Position numbers and translations under genes: made by a program. A DNA stretch of 64,000 nucleotides, from contig NC_073391.1 of the NCBI RefSeq assembly GCF_028641065.1, forward strand, positions 45,508,001 through 45,572,000. The letters are read 5' to 3'. Shown piece after piece: positions 60,158-64,000 of the stretch (the first letter of the stretch is position 1; each line of letters starts with the position of its first letter). Source of the stretch: Leucoraja erinacea (lineage: Eukaryota). The notes beneath the pieces are model-generated. The model was not told the origin of the DNA. It searched no databases and saw nothing but the letters and a program-made list of their open reading frames with translations.

Positions 60158-62009
60158 CACCATTTGGGAGTATTTTTGAGGGACGTGAGACGTAAAGCCA
60201 ACAGCTAAATTCCTATCAATGGAGGACACCATTGACCAGAAGCCTCTGCGGCTAAGTAAGTGCTCTATCAACACTAAAGGAAGAGTGCAGCGTATGTGCA
60301 CAGCGGAAGGGACGTGACCTGGGCAGCGACGGTGGTGTGGAGGTAGGAGCTGGGGACTGGGTGTGGGTTCAATTGGTGCGGGCGGGCGGCGGGCGGGGCG
60401 AGCTGGAGGCGCAGCCATCGTCCATGGGAGGAGATCTGCAGAAACACAGCGGGCAGCCAGGCTGGCTCAGACCTGACCATTATCCCCCGGGTGAGTTCCT
60501 TGCGTTTTCCACAGGCCCGGTTCAAGAAACGCGTCGCTCGCTGGGACGCGGGGAGTCATAGTCACACAGCGTGGAAACAGGCAAAGTCAGCCCATTTGTC
60601 CCCGCCGCTCATATCCTTCCAAATCCTTCTGTCTCACGACTTCGGTTTAAATCTCTAGTCTTTGTTTTATCCATACGCCTATCAAAAGAAAACCCTCCCC
60701 CTTGTCCATCCACCGGGCTGTGTCATGCCTCATCTCCCTACACTCTTCCCTTCCCCGCACCCCCCCCCCCCCCCCGTGTCTGCAGAAGGGACCCGAACCG
60801 AAACTTGACATGCATATTCTCCATCTCTAGATGATGCCTGGCCCGATGAGTTATTGCAGCATTTTGAGTCCCTTTAAACATTTCCTACCCATGTGCCACT
60901 CCGAATGTCTTTTAAATGTTGTAAAAGGTACTTGCTTCAAGTTCAAGTGAGTTTATTGTCATGTGTCCCAGATAGGACAATGAAATTCTTGCTTTGCTTC
61001 AGCATACAGAACATAGTAGGCATTGACTACAAAACACATGAATAAACAAACTGTTAAAGTGCAAATAACAGATAATGGGTTATTAATGTTCAGAGTTTTG
61101 TCTGAACATTAATAACCCATTATCTGTTATTCAGAGCCAGGTTTAATAGCCTGATGGCTGTGGGGAAGTAGCTATTCCTGTCAAGTCAAGTCAAGTTTAT
61201 TTGTCACATACACTTACGAGATGTGCAGTGAAATGAAAGTGGCATCACCTGAACCTTGTCATTGCAGTCCTGTACCTCCTACCTGAAGGTAGCAGGGAGG
61301 TGAGTGTGTGGCCAGGATGGTGTGGGTCTTTGATGATACTGCCAGCCTTTTTGAGGCAGCGACTTCGATAAATCCCCTCGATGGAAGGAAGGTCAGAGCC
61401 GGTGATGGACTGGGCAGTGGACTACTACTTCCTCTGCACGAAAGGACACAAAGTCTCAGCAGGTCAGGCAACATCTCTGGAGAACATTTCAGGTCGAGGC
61501 CCTTCTAAGGACTGATCGTCCGGAGAGGGGGGCGGGGCTGAGAAAGGATCTTGACCCAAAGTAATTTATCCACATTCTTCGGAGATGCTGCCTGACGTGC
61601 TGAATTATGCCAGCACTTTGTGTCCATTTGAATATTAACCCGCTGAGTTACTCCAGCTTTTTGTGCCTGACAAGCATCTGTAGTTCTTTCTTTCCACCTC
61701 TTCTGCCAGATTGTTCCAGATACCCACCACTGTCTGAGTGAAAATATTGCCCCTCAGGATCCTATTAAATCTTTTCCCTCTCACCTTAATCCTATGTCCT
61801 GTGGTTTTGATGTCTGTCCTCTGGGTAAATTCACCTTATCTATCCCCCTCATACACCTCTATAAGATCACCCCTCATCCTCCTGCGCTGAAAGAAATAAA
61901 GTTCAACACTGCCTAACCTCCATTGCTCAGGCCCTCAAGTCCAGGCAACAGCCTCGTAAATCTTCAATACACTCTTGTACAGGAAGGAACTGCATAAATA
62001 CACTCTTTC

Positions 62010-63100
62010 CATAGAAACATAGAAAATAGGTGCAGGAATAGGACATTCGGCCCTTCGAGCCTGCACCGCCATTCAATATGATCATGGCTGTTCATCCAAC
62101 TCAGTATCCTGTACCTGCCTTCTCTCCATACCCCCTGATCCCATTAGCCACAAGGGCCACATCTAACTCCCTCTTAAATATAGCCAATGAACTGACCTCA
62201 ACTACCTTCTGTGACAGAGAATTCCAGAGATTCACCACTCTCTGTGTGAAAAATGTTTTCCTCATCTCAGTCCTAAAAGATTTCCCCCTTATCCTTAAAC
62301 TGTGACCCCTTGTTCTGGACTTGCCCAACATCGAGAACAATCTTCCTGCATCCAGCCTGTCCAATCCCTTAAGAACTTTGTAAGTTTCTATAAGATCCCC
62401 CCTGAATCTTCTAAATTCTAGCGAGTACAAACCGAGTCTATCCAATCTTTCTTCATATGAAAATCCTGACATCCCAGGAATCAGTCTGGTGAACCTTCTC
62501 TGCACTCCCTCTATGGCAAGAATGTCTTTCCTCAGATTAGGATCACCAATGCATCCACGATTTTCAGAGCCACCTCCTGGGTTGCAGACCATCAGGCCCT
62601 GGGGATTTATCAGCCTTCAGTCCCATCAGTCTACCCAACATAATTTCCTGCCTAATGTGGATTTCCTTCAGTTCCTCCATCACCCCAGATCCTCTGGCCA
62701 CTAGTATACTAGGGAGATTGTTTGTGTCCTCATTGGTGAAGACAGATCCAAAGTACCTGTTCAACTCATCTGCCATTTCCTTGTTCCCCGTAATAAATTC
62801 ACCTTTTTTCAGTCTTCAGTTGTTCAACTTTGTTCTTAACTAATTTTTTCCCCTTCACGTACCTAAAGAAGCTTTTAGTATCCTCCTTTATATTCTTGGC
62901 TGGTTTACCATCGTACCTCATCTTTTTTCCCCGTATTTTATTTTTAGTTCTCCCTTCTCTCTCTTAAATTGTAGATTAAAACATCATATTATGGTCACTA
63001 CCTACTAATGGCTCCTTTACCTCGAGTTCCCTTATCAAATCCGGTTCATTACACAACACTAAATCCAGAATTGCCTTCTCCCTGGTAGGCTCCAGTACAC
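62010..63100 (-). mobile_element. CR1 LINE (copy 2) with additional internal ORF2 fragments
   Basis: ORFs 62101-62592 and 62564-62776 (LNRYFGSVFT..KSPGPDG). Confidence 0.9.
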
Positions 63101-63432
63101 TAGCACCATCTCGAAGGGTTCTTCATGATATATGATTGTAAAAACCACCCAGATACACCACAACAATTAACGTTGTAAAGAACTGTTTTCATCTTCTTAC
63201 TTTTGGTTCTCCTGTTATCTCCATTTCTGAATCCAAAGAAAGGCCCCGACACAAAATGTCACCTGTCCTTTTCCCTGCCTTGGCGTTGGGTTGTTCCAGC
63301 ACTTTGTGTTTTGCTCAAGATTGCAACATCTGTAGTTCCTTGCATGTACTTTATCTTCATTTCTTATCCTTTGCCTCTAGCCCTTAATTTACTCCCTCCA
63401 GGCACAATGATATTTAGCACTATGTCAGATTG

Positions 63433-63905
63433 ATCCCTGGGATGGCAGGACTGTCATATGAGGAAAGATTGAAAAGACTAGGCTTGTATTCACTGGAGTT
63501 TAGAAGGATGAGGGGATATCTTATAGAAACATATAAAATTATAAAATGACTGGACAAGCTAGATGCAGGAAAAATGTTCCCAATGTTGGGTGAGTCCAGA
63601 ACCAGGGGCCACAGTCTTAGAATAAAGGGGAGGTCATTTAAGACTGAGGTGAGAAAAACGTTTTCACCCAGAGAGTTGTGAATTTATGGAATTCCCTGCC
63701 ACAGAGGGTAGTGGAGGCCAAGTCACTGGATGGATTTAAGAAAGAGTTAGATAGAGCTCTAGGGACTAGTTGAGTCAAGGGATATGGGTAGAAGGCAGGC
63801 ACGGGTTATTGATAGGGGACAATCAGCCATGATCACAATGAATGTCGGTGCTGGCTCAAAGGGCCGAATGGGCTCCTCCTGCACCTATTTTCTATGTTTC
63901 TATTT
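63433..63905 (+). mobile_element. CR1 LINE 3' end
   Basis: IPGMAGLSYEERL..; TTTCTATG tail. Confidence 0.9.
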
Positions 63906-64000
63906 CTTGAGGTTCCTCTGTTGTGCCGAGAATTACGTATCTCACCAAAGCTCTTCATCTCTTACATTTATTCTGAGATCCTGGCAATAAAAACACAATT

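Larger units (their letters stand above)
57768..62548. repeat. Near-identical ~2.39-kb tandem duplication (57768-60159 / 60160-62548)
   Basis: Matching ORFs offset by 2386-2395 bp; CCA microhomology at the junction. Confidence 0.95.

Overview
Vertebrate genomic DNA, most likely an elasmobranch (skate or ray), inferred from its repeat families: HE1/V-SINE-like SINEs, CR1 LINEs and Penelope-like elements. The window is a repeat-dense cluster of about 11 tandem C2H2 (Kruppel-type, TGERP-linker) zinc-finger loci on both strands. Most have a non-coding first exon in a small CpG island and a single coding exon. No KRAB, SCAN or BTB domain is recognisable. Other features: a three-unit tandem array (25.7-37 kb) whose middle gene appears to be an unequal-crossover chimera; a young, internally deleted Gypsy LTR element plus a solo LTR of the same family; a decayed Tc1 transposon in a ZNF 3'UTR; several MITEs; dozens of short Penelope-derived inserts carrying a hammerhead-ribozyme-like core; a near-identical 2.39 kb tandem duplication; and a 203 bp assembly gap. 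The most notable unexplained signal is a fixed-spacing composite promoter element, ATGG-N9/10-T(A/G)(C/A)CCA(G/C)A (YY1-like plus ZNF143/Staf-like), found 14 times and in nearly every ZNF CpG island. Repeat boundaries were read by eye and are approximate unless a TSD is given.
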